DNA of 64,000 bases from Mycobacteriales bacterium (GTDB lineage: Bacteria; Actinomycetota; Actinomycetes; Mycobacteriales; QHCD01): contig JBEDUI010000199.1 in assembly GCA_040414495.1 (NCBI GenBank), positions 956-64,955 on the forward strand. The letters are read 5' to 3'. The notes beneath the pieces were generated by a model. That model did no database searches. It was not told where the DNA came from and was given only the letters and a program-made list of their open reading frames with translations. Each line of letters starts with the position of its first letter. Position 1 is the first letter of the stretch. The translations under genes were made by a program, and so were the position numbers. This document shows positions 37,510 through 48,691 of this stretch, in pieces.

Positions 37510-38712
37510 ATGCTTTCCGCTGATCTGCAGGCTCTCACCGACGACATCGCCGAGCGTTTGAGCGCACCGGCGGTGGTGGAGGACGACGAGCAACGCATGG
37601 TCGTGTATTCAGCCCACGGCGGCCTGATCGACGACATTCGCCGGGACTCCATCCTGAACCGGGAAACCCGTCCGGACGTTCGCGATTGGTTCCGGCAATA
37701 CGGCATTGTCCAATCTACCCGGCCACTGTGGATCCCCGGCGACGGCGAGCTGGGAATCCTGGGGCGATTATGCATCCCCATCCGCTATCACGGCCGACTC
37801 ACCGGTTTTCTCTGGCTCATCGACGACAAACGTGAGCTGGCCGAGCAGCAGGTCGCGGTTGCCGAGGAAGCCGCCCGGCACGCAGGCCTCTTGATGTACG
37901 AGGAATTGCTCGCGGAACGGCTGGCCAGCACCGTCCTTTCACATCTGCTTTCGCCATCCCAGGAGTTACGCGACACCGCCGTACACCAAATCCTCGACGA
38001 GGGACTGCTAAGCGCGGACGCGTCGGTATCGGTCGATGTCATTCAGGTCGCCGGGTCCACCGACCCCGAACTGCATCCGTTTCTCACCGAAGGGTTGCGT
38101 GACGTAACCCAGCAGCACCCGCGCGGCGAAATTCTCGCGATCGCCCAGCCCGATCACGGCACACTGCTGATCTGCGGTCGCGGCAATAACGGTGACCGGG
38201 CCGCACGGGTCGCCGACGAAGCGCGTGCCGCGTTGGAGCGCCGGCTGCAGCGCGCCGGTTCACCGGCCCGGGTCGTCGCCGGAATCGGCGACCCACAACA
38301 CGATCTGGCTGACACCCATCTGTCCTACCGGCAGGCCCGGCTGGCCGCCCGCGTCGCCGCGCTGGTTCCCGCGATCGGCGACATCGGCGTCTGGTCGCGG
38401 CTCGGCGCCTACCGCACCATTGCCTCATTGCCCACGCCGAACACCGTTATCGCCGCCTCCGATCCCCGGCTGGAACGGCTGTTGGCTGACGGCGAGGACA
38501 GCGTGGCGCACACCGTCGAGACCTACCTGGACCTCGGTGGTGACGCCCAAGCCACCGCGGCGACGCTGCATCTGCACCGCGGCACTCTCTATTACCGCCT
38601 GCAAAAGGCCGAACGTATCGCCGGGATCAACCTGCACGACGGCGCCGACCGGTTGGCAATCCACTTAGGATTCAAGCTGCTGCGCTTCACCGGCCGGTAT
38701 CCGCGTGAATGA
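37510..38712 (+). CDS. PucR family transcriptional regulator
   Basis: N-terminal IDDIRRDSIL sensor region and C-terminal TYLDLGG...TAATLHLHRGTLYYRLQK. Confidence 0.92.
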   Translation: MLSADLQALTDDIAERLSAPAVVEDDEQRMVVYSAHGGLIDDIRRDSILNRETRPDVRDWFRQYGIVQSTRPLWIPGDGELGILGRLCIPIRYHGRLTGFLWLIDDKRELAEQQVAVAEEAARHAGLLMYEELLAERLASTVLSHLLSPSQELRDTAVHQILDEGLLSADASVSVDVIQVAGSTDPELHPFLTEGLRDVTQQHPRGEILAIAQPDHGTLLICGRGNNGDRAARVADEARAALERRLQRAGSPARVVAGIGDPQHDLADTHLSYRQARLAARVAALVPAIGDIGVWSRLGAYRTIASLPTPNTVIAASDPRLERLLADGEDSVAHTVETYLDLGGDAQATAATLHLHRGTLYYRLQKAERIAGINLHDGADRLAIHLGFKLLRFTGRYPRE

Positions 38713-38713
38713 A

Positions 38714-39724
38714 TCAGCCGCCGTTCATCAAAAAGCCGGCCGGGAACGGATCTGCCGGATCCAGCAGGTACGTCGCCAACCCGGTCAACCAGGCGCGTCC
38801 GCGCACGACCGGAATCACCGCCGGCAGCCCACCCAGCGTCGTCTCCTCGACCAGCCGCCCCTCGAACCGCGAACCGATCAGTGAGGAATGCACGAACGGC
38901 TGGTTCAACGGCAACTCACCCCGGGCGTGCAGTGCCGCCATTCGGGCCGAAGTTCCTGTGCCACAAGGCGATCGGTCGATCCATCCGGGATGGATCGCGA
39001 CGGCACCTCGGGCGCTGTACGGCTCGGTGCCGGGCGCGGTGAAGATGACGTGCCGGCATTCGTCGATCGACGGATCGACCGGATGCCGAAATGACAGCTG
39101 CTCGGTCGCCGCCCGCATGATCGTCAATCCAGTGTGGACAATCTGATCGTGCTGTGTGGGCACCAATTCCACACCGGCCGACTCGGCCGGCAGAATGGCG
39201 TAGAAATTGCCGCCCCAGGCGATGTCCATCCGCAGTGGACCGAGCGCCGGCACGTCGACAACGGCGTCCCGCAAGGCCAGAAACGCCGGCACATTGCGTA
39301 ACTCGACCGCGGTGGCGTGTCCGTCCCGTACAAAAACCCGGGTCTGCACCAGACCGGCCGGGGTGTCCAGCCGAATCGTCGTCACCGGCTCCTCGACCTC
39401 GACCATCCCGGTCTCCACCAGCACGGTCGCCACCCCGATCGTGCCGTGACCGCACATCGGCAGACAGCCGGAAACCTCGATGAATACGACGCCCATATCC
39501 GCATCCGGACGCGTCGGCGGCTGCAGGATCGCACCGGACATGGCGCTGTGGCCGCGTGGCTCGTACATCAGCAGCGTGCGCAAATCATCGCGTTTGGTCA
39601 TGACGTACGTACGCCGCTCGGCCATCGTCGCACCGGGAATAGTGCCGACGCCCGAGGTGATCACCCGGGTCGGCATCCCCTCGGTGTGACTGTCCACCGC
39701 GGTGAAGGTCGCCTTAGCCCGCAC
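38714..39724 (-). CDS. Proline racemase / hydroxyproline 2-epimerase family
   Basis: DSHTEGMPTR, EPRGH, MCGH and DRSPCGTG (Cys/Cys catalytic pair). Confidence 0.95.
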   Translation of the reverse strand: MRAKATFTAVDSHTEGMPTRVITSGVGTIPGATMAERRTYVMTKRDDLRTLLMYEPRGHSAMSGAILQPPTRPDADMGVVFIEVSGCLPMCGHGTIGVATVLVETGMVEVEEPVTTIRLDTPAGLVQTRVFVRDGHATAVELRNVPAFLALRDAVVDVPALGPLRMDIAWGGNFYAILPAESAGVELVPTQHDQIVHTGLTIMRAATEQLSFRHPVDPSIDECRHVIFTAPGTEPYSARGAVAIHPGWIDRSPCGTGTSARMAALHARGELPLNQPFVHSSLIGSRFEGRLVEETTLGGLPAVIPVVRGRAWLTGLATYLLDPADPFPAGFLMNGG

Positions 39725-39835
39725 TACCGTCCCGCCCGGATCGCGTCTGTGGGTGTCACCGGTCCGTCTCCTCTCCGAAGCCCTACCCCAACGCTAGATG
39801 CGATCCGCGTCCGCCGATAGCAACAACCGTCGAAG

Positions 39836-41869
39836 TCACCCGGTTGTGATTTGCGCATCTGATGTCAGCACCTCGCCCAGCGGAAAATGACACGCCACCG
39901 AGTGCCGTCCGTCCGGTGTGGACCGCTGCCGCGGCTCCACGTCGGCACAGATCTGTTCTGCCAACGGACACCGCGTACGAAATCGACAGCCCGAGGGTGG
40001 TTGGTCCGCCGGCGGCAATTCGCCGCCGACCGCGATCGACTGTTTCGTCCGTTCCACCCCGGGATCGGGTACCGGCACCGCTTCCACCAGGCCGCGGGTA
40101 TAGGGATGCAACGGACGTTCGTACACCTCGTCGCGCGGACCGACCTCGACCAACTTGCCCAGATACATGACGCCGATCCGGTCGGCCAGATAACGCACCA
40201 CCGCCAGGTCGTGCGACACGAACACGTACGTCAACTCGTGCCGTTCCTGCAACGCCGCCATCAGGTTGAGGATCTGCGCCTGTACCGAAACGTCCAAAGC
40301 GGACACCGGCTCGTCCGCGATCACAACCTTCGGCCGCAGCGCCAGTGCCCGGGCCAGCGCCAACCGCTGCCGCTGCCCGCCGGAGAACTCGTGCGGATAA
40401 CGCTCCACCGCCGACCGGGGCATTCCGACATCGTCAAGCAGCGAATCGACCACCGCCCGCCGCTCGCGCCGGCTGCCGACCTGCTGAATATGCAATGGTT
40501 CAGCCAGAATCGATCCGATACGCATCCGCGGATCCAGAGCCGCCGCCGAATCCTGGAACACCAACTGCAACCCCCTACGCTCGCCCCGCAGTGCCCGTTC
40601 CGGCATGGCGGCCAGGTCTTTTCCCTCGAGCAGGACCGATCCGCTGGTGGGCCGCTCCAACGCGACCAGCAACCGGGACAATGTCGATTTGCCGCAGCCG
40701 GATTCGCCGACCAGGCCGAACGTTTCGCCGCGGCGTACCGATAACGACACCCCGGCCACCGCGCTGATCCGGCCGCCGTGGCGACGCCGCAGAATGCTGT
40801 TGTCGACCGCGAAATCCTTGACCAGATCGGTGCATTGCAGCACCGGTTCGGCGATCGACTGTGGACTGTCCACAGTGTCAACGGGTGAGGGCCGGAGCGA
40901 CGCGATTGCGGTGACCGGGTGCAGGCAGGCGAAGGGATGGTTCTGCCCGACGTACGGCGGTTCGGCCTCGCGGCATTCCGTGGTGACGTGCTGGCAGCGG
41001 GGCGCGAACCGGCAACCGGTCGGAGGCGCGCTCAGATCCGGTGGCAGGCCCGGAATGCTCTCCAATCGCCCGTCGCTGCGGCGAATGCCGTCGGGCAGGG
41101 CCCGGAACAACGCCTCGGTATAGCGGTGCCGGGGCCGGGCGAACAACTCCCCCGCCGACGCGCCCTCCACGATCCGTCCGGCATACATGACGTTGACGCG
41201 GTCGGCCCGGCCGGCGATCACGCCCAAGTCATGGGTGACCAGAATCAACGCCATCTGCAAGTGTTCACGTAGGTCGTCGAAAATCCCGAGAATCTGCTGC
41301 TGCGTCGTCACATCCAGCGCCGTGGTGGGCTCATCCGCGATCAGCAGGTCTGGCTCGCAGGCCAACGCCATCGCGATCATCACGCGCTGCCGCATACCAC
41401 CGGAGAATTGGTGCGGATAATCGGCCAACCGCGCCCGAGCCGCCGGTATCCGGACCAGATCAAGCACTTCGGCCGCCCGATCGAACGCCGCCGACCGCGA
41501 CACCGGCCGATGCAGCCGAACGGCTTCAGCGATTTGCGCCCCGATCGTCATCGTCGGATTGAGTGAGGCGAGCGGATCCTGGAACACCATGCCGATCCGG
41601 TTACCCCGAATACGCGCCATCTCGGCGGCTGACAGCTCGGTGAGTTCCTGTCCGTCAAAACGAATGCGGCCACTGGTTATCGCGCCGCCAGGCGGCAGCA
41701 GCCGCATCACCGACAGCGCTGTCATCGTCTTGCCACAGCCGGACTCGCCCACCAGGCCAAGCGTTTCGCCGCGTTCCAACGAGAGCGACACACCATCCAC
41801 CGCGTACACCGAGCTGCGGCGCATTCTGATTTCGGTGTGCAGGTCGGTGATCTGAAGAAGTGGTGGCAC
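39836..41869 (-). CDS. Peptide ABC transporter ATPase, fused OppD-OppF
   Basis: Two GESGCGK, two YPHxFSGG and two GCRFxxRC motifs. Confidence 0.95.
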   Translation of the reverse strand: MPPLLQITDLHTEIRMRRSSVYAVDGVSLSLERGETLGLVGESGCGKTMTALSVMRLLPPGGAITSGRIRFDGQELTELSAAEMARIRGNRIGMVFQDPLASLNPTMTIGAQIAEAVRLHRPVSRSAAFDRAAEVLDLVRIPAARARLADYPHQFSGGMRQRVMIAMALACEPDLLIADEPTTALDVTTQQQILGIFDDLREHLQMALILVTHDLGVIAGRADRVNVMYAGRIVEGASAGELFARPRHRYTEALFRALPDGIRRSDGRLESIPGLPPDLSAPPTGCRFAPRCQHVTTECREAEPPYVGQNHPFACLHPVTAIASLRPSPVDTVDSPQSIAEPVLQCTDLVKDFAVDNSILRRRHGGRISAVAGVSLSVRRGETFGLVGESGCGKSTLSRLLVALERPTSGSVLLEGKDLAAMPERALRGERRGLQLVFQDSAAALDPRMRIGSILAEPLHIQQVGSRRERRAVVDSLLDDVGMPRSAVERYPHEFSGGQRQRLALARALALRPKVVIADEPVSALDVSVQAQILNLMAALQERHELTYVFVSHDLAVVRYLADRIGVMYLGKLVEVGPRDEVYERPLHPYTRGLVEAVPVPDPGVERTKQSIAVGGELPPADQPPSGCRFRTRCPLAEQICADVEPRQRSTPDGRHSVACHFPLGEVLTSDAQITTG

Positions 41870-42053
41870 GGCGACCTCGAAACGACAACCGGTGACAGGT
41901 CGCCCCGAAACATAACCGCAGGCTCGTACGACGACTGTTCCATGCCGCCACGGATTTCTTCGACATATGTGCCTTCGTCGCGGCGACTAACGCCGTTAGC
42001 TTCGGTAAGTCACGGCCGGCCCGCAGCAGCATCTGCACTCAGGAGGCAAGCCC

Positions 42054-43862
42054 GTGTGGAAGCCGACAGAGCAGTTACGTACCGTTCGGCGAATCGCTGT
42101 GGCCACCGTCGCCGCGTTGGCAACCAGCATCGGCGTTGTCGCCTGTAACAGCAGTTCATCTGCCAGTGACAACAGTACGGTACGGTTCGCCGAATTCCCC
42201 GGGTCGGTCCCCAACTGGATTTTACCCATCACCGATCCTGGGCACAGCGGGTCGCCGAACACCTACCAGTTCTCGTATCTCATGTGGCGTCCGCTCTACT
42301 GGACCGGTACCGGCAGCTCGCCGGACATCGACGACTCGCTGAGCATCGCCGACCCGCCGAAATACAGCAACGGCAACCGCACCGTGACGGTGACGTTGCG
42401 GGACTATAAATGGTCGGACGGAAAGCCGGTCACCGCGCGAGACGTGGAATTCTGGTACAACCTGATCAAGTACAACAAAACGCAATGGTCCGGCTACGTG
42501 GCCGGCAATATCCCGGACAACATCAGCAGTTTCCGGGTCGTCAGCCCGAAAACGTTCGAGCTGACGTTGACGGCGGCGGTCTCGCCGCAGTGGTTCACCG
42601 CCAACCAACTCGTCTCGATCACGCCGATGCCGCAGCACGTCTGGGACAAGACGGCGGACTCGGGCAAGGTCGGCAATAGCGACACGAGCGCGGCCGGCGC
42701 CAAGGCCGTCTTCACCTATCTGCTGGGCCGATCGAAGCAGCTGGCAAAATACGCGAGTGATCCACTGTGGAAGACCGTCGACGGCCCCTGGACGTTGAGC
42801 AAGTACGACACCGACGGGCACATCTCGTTCGTCCCGAACAACAAGTATTCGGGCAAGGACAGGCCGACGTACAAGACGTTCGAGCAGATTCCGTTCGCGA
42901 CCGACTCCGCCGAATTCAACAGCCTGCTGGCCGGCGACGTCGATTACGGCTATCTGCCATTCAGCGACCTCAAGCAACGCAGCCGCGTCTCCTCGCAGGG
43001 CTATCACTTTTCGGCCTGGAACCTGTGGACGGTCAACTTCATCGCCATCAACTACTACGCCAAAACGACCGGCCCGATCGTCTCGCAACTCTATGTACGC
43101 CAGGCCCTTGAATCGTTGGTGAATCAGCCGCTGATCATCAAGCAGATCTTCCAAGGCCAAGGAGCGCAGAACTTCGGGCCGATCGCGCTGCAACCGAAGA
43201 ACCCATTCGCCACGGTGACCAAGAATCCGAACAGCTACGACCCGAAACGCGCGGTATCGCTGCTGCAACAGCACGGCTGGACCGTGAAACCCGGCGGCGT
43301 CACCACCTGCGCGCATCCGGGCAGCGGAGCATCGCAGTGCGGGACCGGAATCGCGGCCGGGACGAAGCTCTCGTTCTCGCTCATCGTCAACAGCGGAAAC
43401 CACCCGGTGAACCTGGAAATGGAGTCGCTGAAATCCACCTTCTCGCAGCAGGCCGGAATTGTGCTCAACGTCAAACCACAACCGTTCACACAAGTGATCT
43501 CGGATGCGTTCGCGACCTGCACGAGAGCCAAGGCCTCGGCCTGTCCCTGGCAGATGGCCGACTGGGGCGGCGGCGTGAACCTGTCCCCGTACCCGACCGG
43601 CGAGCAGATCTTCGCCAGCGGCGGTTCCTCGAACGCCAGCCATTACACCGATGCCAAGGCGAACAAGCTCATCGCGGCCAGCCAGGTCGGTGGCGCGACG
43701 CAACTGAAGTCGTACGAGCGATACATCACCGCGCAGGTGCCAGTGATCTGGGTACCGAACCTGACGTACCAGCTGTCGATGATCAGCAACAAGCTCACGG
43801 GCGCCGACGCGCAGAACCCGTACATCGGAATCACGCCCGAGCGCTGGCACTGGACGAAGTGA
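42054..43862 (+). CDS. Peptide ABC transporter substrate-binding lipoprotein (SBP family 5)
   Basis: Lipobox VVAC, KWSDGKPVTARDV, VDGPW and VRQAL; RBS AGGAGG. Confidence 0.92.
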   Translation: MWKPTEQLRTVRRIAVATVAALATSIGVVACNSSSSASDNSTVRFAEFPGSVPNWILPITDPGHSGSPNTYQFSYLMWRPLYWTGTGSSPDIDDSLSIADPPKYSNGNRTVTVTLRDYKWSDGKPVTARDVEFWYNLIKYNKTQWSGYVAGNIPDNISSFRVVSPKTFELTLTAAVSPQWFTANQLVSITPMPQHVWDKTADSGKVGNSDTSAAGAKAVFTYLLGRSKQLAKYASDPLWKTVDGPWTLSKYDTDGHISFVPNNKYSGKDRPTYKTFEQIPFATDSAEFNSLLAGDVDYGYLPFSDLKQRSRVSSQGYHFSAWNLWTVNFIAINYYAKTTGPIVSQLYVRQALESLVNQPLIIKQIFQGQGAQNFGPIALQPKNPFATVTKNPNSYDPKRAVSLLQQHGWTVKPGGVTTCAHPGSGASQCGTGIAAGTKLSFSLIVNSGNHPVNLEMESLKSTFSQQAGIVLNVKPQPFTQVISDAFATCTRAKASACPWQMADWGGGVNLSPYPTGEQIFASGGSSNASHYTDAKANKLIAASQVGGATQLKSYERYITAQVPVIWVPNLTYQLSMISNKLTGADAQNPYIGITPERWHWTK

Positions 43863-43870
43863 GGCACGCA

Positions 43871-45556
43871 ATGGCGAACTCGCAGCGGATCGACGCTCTA
43901 GCTGAGGAAATGTTCGCGCTGGAATTGCGCACGTCGCCGGTGTACGCCACCCAGATCGGGTATCCGGAGTACGCCGGTGAGCTGCCTGACCTGACCCGGG
44001 CCGGTGTGGAACAACACCGGTTGGAGTTGTCCGGGCTGGCCGAGCGGGTACGGGCCGTCGATCCCTCGACACTGGACACCGAACGCGCCATCACGCACGA
44101 AGTGCTATTACGCAAGATCTCCGACGCGCTGCTGTCCATAGAGGCCGCTGCGTACGACTACACCGTGACGCCGATTCCGCAGACCGGGATGGCCGCATCC
44201 GTACTCATCGGATTTCCCCAGACGCCCATTCGCACCGCCGAGGATGCGGACGGATATCTGGCCCGTTGCCAGAAAGTAGCGGCGTGGCTGGATGTTGCGC
44301 TTGCACGGCTCGCGGATGGCCGTGCGGCCGGACGGACGCCGGTGCGCCGCCTCGTGGCCAATGCGGTCGAGCAGTTGGACGGCTATCTGGAATCCCCGCT
44401 CACCGACGATCCCCTGTTGTCGGTGCCGGATCCCGTGAGCGGACGCGCCAGCGGTTGGCGGGATCGGTTGGTCGGCGTGGTCCGTGACGACGTTCGGCCG
44501 GCACTGGCGGCGTATCGCGACCATCTGGCGCGCGAGATCACCGAAACCGCGCGTTCGGACGAGCAGGTCGGGCTCGCCCATCTGCCCGGCGGCGTCGAGC
44601 TGTACCAACGGCTCGCGGCCACCCACACCACCACCGATCTGAGCATCGAGGACATTCACCAGACCGGACTGGAGTTGGTCGCCGCACTGACCGGCGAAAT
44701 GCGGGAATTGGGCGCCAGAACCCTGGGGCTGGACAATTTCGCCGATATCACGAACAGACTGCGGACCGACCCGGAACTGTTTTTCAGCACGCCCGACGAG
44801 GTACAGGCCGCGGCCCAGGACGCACTGAGCCGGGCCCAGCAGGAATTGCCGCGCTGGCTTGGATTACTGCCCACAATTCCCTGCCAGGTCATCCCGATGA
44901 CACCGTACGAAGTAGAGAACGGCGACCTCGGGCACTACCAGTGGCCGACCCGGGACGGGTCGCGGCCCGGTACGTACTGGATCAACACGTACAAACCGCA
45001 GACCCGGCCGCGATTCGAATCGCAGACACTCGCCTTTCACGAATCGGTACCCGGACACCACACCCAGTTGGCCCTGTCGCAGGAGCTGTCCACACTCCCC
45101 AAATTCCGGCAGCACGCGCACGTCACGGCGTTCAGCGAGGGCTGGGCGCTGTACGTCGAACGTCTGGCCGATGAGATGGGCCTGTACAGCGGCGATATCT
45201 ACCGGCTGGGCATGATCTCATTCGATTTCTGGCGTGCCTGCCGGCTGGTGGTCGACACCGGAATGCACGCCCTCGGCTGGAGCCGGGACCGCGCCGTGGG
45301 CTACATGCTCGAGCACAGTGCGTTGACCCGGAAGAACATCGAGAACGAAATCGACCGGTATATCGGCTGGCCGGGCCAGGCGCTCGGGTACATGATCGGC
45401 CGGCTGGAAATTCGGCGGCTGCGCGGCGAGGCCGAACGCCGACTCGGTGACCGCTTCAGCCTGCCCGCCTTTCACAGCGCGGTGATCGGGCACGGTTCGC
45501 TGCCACTGTCGGTGCTCGGCCAGGTCGTCGACCGCTGGATCACGGAGCAGCTGTGA
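43871..45556 (+). CDS. DUF885 family protein (putative metallopeptidase)
   Basis: FHESVPGHHTQ, AFSEGWALYVE, RACRLVVDTGMH and EIDRYIGWPGQALGYMIG. Confidence 0.92.
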   Translation: MANSQRIDALAEEMFALELRTSPVYATQIGYPEYAGELPDLTRAGVEQHRLELSGLAERVRAVDPSTLDTERAITHEVLLRKISDALLSIEAAAYDYTVTPIPQTGMAASVLIGFPQTPIRTAEDADGYLARCQKVAAWLDVALARLADGRAAGRTPVRRLVANAVEQLDGYLESPLTDDPLLSVPDPVSGRASGWRDRLVGVVRDDVRPALAAYRDHLAREITETARSDEQVGLAHLPGGVELYQRLAATHTTTDLSIEDIHQTGLELVAALTGEMRELGARTLGLDNFADITNRLRTDPELFFSTPDEVQAAAQDALSRAQQELPRWLGLLPTIPCQVIPMTPYEVENGDLGHYQWPTRDGSRPGTYWINTYKPQTRPRFESQTLAFHESVPGHHTQLALSQELSTLPKFRQHAHVTAFSEGWALYVERLADEMGLYSGDIYRLGMISFDFWRACRLVVDTGMHALGWSRDRAVGYMLEHSALTRKNIENEIDRYIGWPGQALGYMIGRLEIRRLRGEAERRLGDRFSLPAFHSAVIGHGSLPLSVLGQVVDRWITEQL

Positions 45557-45557
45557 T

Positions 45558-46514
45558 ATGGCCGGCTACCTCACCCGCCGGATTCTGCAGGCCTTTGTCG
45601 TGGTGATTCTGGTGACGATCATCGTGTTCGTCCTGCTCCGAATGCTGCCCGGCGGCCCGGCCCGGGCGATCCTCGGCCAGCAGGCGACGGCGGCGCAGGT
45701 GAAGGCGTTCAACCACCAACAGGGCTTCGACCGGCCGCTGGCCCTGCAATATCTGGACTATCTGAAACGGCTGCTGCACGGCGATCTGGGTTATTCGTAC
45801 AAGCTCAACCAGAGCGTCACGTCGCTGCTGGCGCAACGCCTGCCAAAAACGCTCCTGCTCACCGTACTGTCCACAGTGGTCGCGTTGCTGGTCGCGCTAC
45901 CGGTCGGAATCGCGCAGGCGGTGCGCCGCAACCGAGCCACCGACTACATCATCACGGGCGTTTCGTTTGTGCTGTACGCGATGCCGATCTTCTTTCTCGG
46001 TCTGATCCTCATCATCGTCTTCGCCCAGCAGCTGCATTGGTTCTCCCCGCAGGCGCCACAGGGCGACTCGTTCACAGCGGTGTTGAGTCAGGCCAATCAG
46101 CTGATCCTGCCGGTCGCCACCCTGGCCCTGATCACGGTTGCGGCGTTCAGCCGCTATGCGCGATCGGCCACATTGGACAATCTCGGTGAGGATTACGTCC
46201 GCACCGCGCGGGCCAAAGGCGCGCTGGAGCGGCGGGTGCTGGCCCGACACGTCACGCCGAACGCGATCGTGCCGGTCGTGACCCTGCTCGGGCTGTACGT
46301 GCCGTATCTGTTCAGCGGCTCGCTGGTCACCGAGGCCACGTTCAACTACCCCGGAATGGGTCTGCTGTTCTGGAATGCCGCCCAGACCCGCGATTATCCG
46401 ATTCTGCTTGCGGTGGCGCTGATCGTGGCGATCGCAACAGTGGTTGGCTCGCTGGTCGTCGACCTGCTCTATTCGGTGCTCGATCCAAGGGTGCGGTACG
46501 TGGTGGCGGCATGA
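45558..46514 (+). CDS. Peptide ABC permease (OppB)
   Basis: GDLGYSY, EDYVRTARAKG, FNYPGMG and DPRVR. Confidence 0.95.
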   Translation: MAGYLTRRILQAFVVVILVTIIVFVLLRMLPGGPARAILGQQATAAQVKAFNHQQGFDRPLALQYLDYLKRLLHGDLGYSYKLNQSVTSLLAQRLPKTLLLTVLSTVVALLVALPVGIAQAVRRNRATDYIITGVSFVLYAMPIFFLGLILIIVFAQQLHWFSPQAPQGDSFTAVLSQANQLILPVATLALITVAAFSRYARSATLDNLGEDYVRTARAKGALERRVLARHVTPNAIVPVVTLLGLYVPYLFSGSLVTEATFNYPGMGLLFWNAAQTRDYPILLAVALIVAIATVVGSLVVDLLYSVLDPRVRYVVAA

Positions 46515-47431
46515 CGCTGGACAGTTCGGCGCTGGCCGGCCTGCACGGTCAGGACCGCGAAGAATCTGCCGACGCCGCGGCGCAGAGCAACCTGCGGCTG
46601 TTTTTCCGTACCTTTTTTGAGAACAAGCTCGCGCTGGTCGGCATTCTGATCGTGCTGGCGCTGGCCGTGTTCAGCTTTATCGGGCCGCTGTTCTACCACT
46701 CCGACCAGATCCACACCAACCTCAACGCAGTCAACCTGCGGCCGGGCAGCAACGGCCATCCACTGGGGACGGACCAGGTCGGCTACGACCAGCTGGGCCG
46801 GTTGATGGCCGGTGGTCGGACATCGTTGGAAATCGGTATCGGCGCCGGTTTGCTGGCCACCGTCTTGGGCAGCCTCTGGGGCGCGATCTCCGGCTATTTC
46901 GGCGGTGTGGTCGACGCGGTGATGATGCGTATCGTCGATGCGTTGCTCTCGATTCCGGCGCTGTTTCTGTTGCTCGTAGTGGCCGCGATCTGGACGCCGA
47001 ACGTACTGTCGTTGATCGTCCTCATCGGACTGATCGCCTGGCTGGTGCCGGCGCGGTTGGTGCGCGGTGAGGCGTTGACCCTGCGGGTACGCGAATACGT
47101 GCAGGCGGTGCGGTTGATGGGCGGTGGCCGATGGCGCGCGGTCACCCGCCATATCGTGCCCAATACGGTCGGCACGATCGTGGTGAATGCCAGCTTCCAG
47201 GTCGCCGACGCGATCCTGTATGTCGCCTATCTGAGCTTTCTCGGCCTCGGTCTGCCACCGCCATCGACCAACTGGGGCGGCATGCTGACCGATGGCGTGC
47301 AGTATGCGTACGACGGATACTGGTGGCTGATCTACCCGCCGGGCATCGCGGTCGTGCTCGTCGTTATCGCGTTCAACTTCATCGGCGACGGATTGCGTGA
47401 CTCGTTCGACGCCCGGCTGCGGCGCCGGTGA
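46511..47431 (+). CDS. Peptide ABC permease (OppC)
   Basis: HPLGTDQVG, EYVQAVRLMG, LSFLGLG and GDGLRDSFD. Confidence 0.95.
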   Translation: MTLDSSALAGLHGQDREESADAAAQSNLRLFFRTFFENKLALVGILIVLALAVFSFIGPLFYHSDQIHTNLNAVNLRPGSNGHPLGTDQVGYDQLGRLMAGGRTSLEIGIGAGLLATVLGSLWGAISGYFGGVVDAVMMRIVDALLSIPALFLLLVVAAIWTPNVLSLIVLIGLIAWLVPARLVRGEALTLRVREYVQAVRLMGGGRWRAVTRHIVPNTVGTIVVNASFQVADAILYVAYLSFLGLGLPPPSTNWGGMLTDGVQYAYDGYWWLIYPPGIAVVLVVIAFNFIGDGLRDSFDARLRRR

Positions 47432-47453
47432 TGTCCATAAGGGAGGGACGAGG

Positions 47454-48683
47454 ATGACGGTCACGGTTTTCCGGCACGCCCGGGTCATTCCCTGCACCGG
47501 CGCCGATCCGATCGAGGACGCCAGCGTTGTCGTAGAAAACGGCATGATCCGCGACATCACCGGGGCCGCGCAGATCAATGCCGACGACACGATCGACTGC
47601 GCCGGGCGCACACTGATGCCCGGGCTGATCGACGCGCACGTGCATGTCTGCTCGCTCGACGTGGAAATCGCCCGCCAACAGCGGGAAAACACCACCAGCC
47701 TACTGGCGTACAAGATCGGGCGGATCATCAAACAGACGCTGGATCAGGGCTATACCACGATCCGGGACGCCGGCGGCGCCGACTGGGGCATGAAAGAGGC
47801 GGTCGCACAAGGCCTTATCGCCGGTCCGCGCATGTTCGTCAGCGGGCATCCGCTCTCCCAGACCGGTGGCCACGGCGATTCCCGCAGCCGGGCCCAGGAC
47901 AGTGTCGACTGTGGATGCGGCGCGCACATCGGGATGGTTCCCAATATCGCCGATGGGCCGGACGAGGTGCGGCGCGCCACCCGGGAACAGCTGCGTCGTG
48001 GGGCCGATGCCATCAAGATCATGGCCGGTGGCGGCGTTGCATCGCCCACCGACCGGCTCGAATCGGTGCAGTATTCGGCGGCCGAATTGCGAGCCGCGGT
48101 GCAGGAGGCAACCGCCGCGGGCACGTACGTTCTGGCCCATGCGTACACGCCGACCTCAATTCGCAACGCGCTCGAGGCGGGCGTACGTTCCATCGAACAC
48201 GGCAATTTCTTGGATGAGGCGACCGCGAAGCTGATGGCCAGCCAGGACGCGTTTCTGGTCCCGACCTTCGTGGCGTACGAAAAGCTCTACGAGGAAGGCC
48301 GCGAGCACGGGTTCGCCGAGGAAAAGCTGGCCAAGTTGGACACCGTGCTGGGCGCAGGGCTCGACGGTCTGCGGCGGGCCAAGGCGGCCGGGGTACGGAT
48401 CGGTTCGGGCTCGGACCTGCTGGGCCCATTGGCCCGGCACAAAACCCGCGAGTTGGCGATCAAGGCCCAGGTCCTGGGCGCCCACGACACGTTGATCGCC
48501 ACCACCCGCACCAACGCCGAATTGATCGGAATCGCCGATGAGGTCGGCACGATAGAGCCGGGAAAGCGGGCCGATCTGCTCGTGGTGGATGGAGATCCGC
48601 TGACCGATATCGCGGTGCTGCAGAACCTGGACCGGCTGGTGGCTATTGTCAAGACGGGCGAATTCCACGTACGCCGGCTGTGA
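47454..48683 (+). CDS. Amidohydrolase superfamily, Xaa-Pro dipeptidase/carboxypeptidase-like
   Basis: MPGLIDAHVH, SQTGGHGD, IKIMAGGGVAS, AHAY, SIEHG and GSD. Confidence 0.88.
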   Translation: MTVTVFRHARVIPCTGADPIEDASVVVENGMIRDITGAAQINADDTIDCAGRTLMPGLIDAHVHVCSLDVEIARQQRENTTSLLAYKIGRIIKQTLDQGYTTIRDAGGADWGMKEAVAQGLIAGPRMFVSGHPLSQTGGHGDSRSRAQDSVDCGCGAHIGMVPNIADGPDEVRRATREQLRRGADAIKIMAGGGVASPTDRLESVQYSAAELRAAVQEATAAGTYVLAHAYTPTSIRNALEAGVRSIEHGNFLDEATAKLMASQDAFLVPTFVAYEKLYEEGREHGFAEEKLAKLDTVLGAGLDGLRRAKAAGVRIGSGSDLLGPLARHKTRELAIKAQVLGAHDTLIATTRTNAELIGIADEVGTIEPGKRADLLVVDGDPLTDIAVLQNLDRLVAIVKTGEFHVRRL

Positions 48684-48691
48684 GGAGCGTT

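Noticed and set aside
43337..43870. N-terminal extension of DUF885 (739-aa ORF), and likewise of glcE (from 59364)
   Set aside because: These extensions overlap the upstream genes; downstream starts at 43871 and 59916 fit the domain boundaries.
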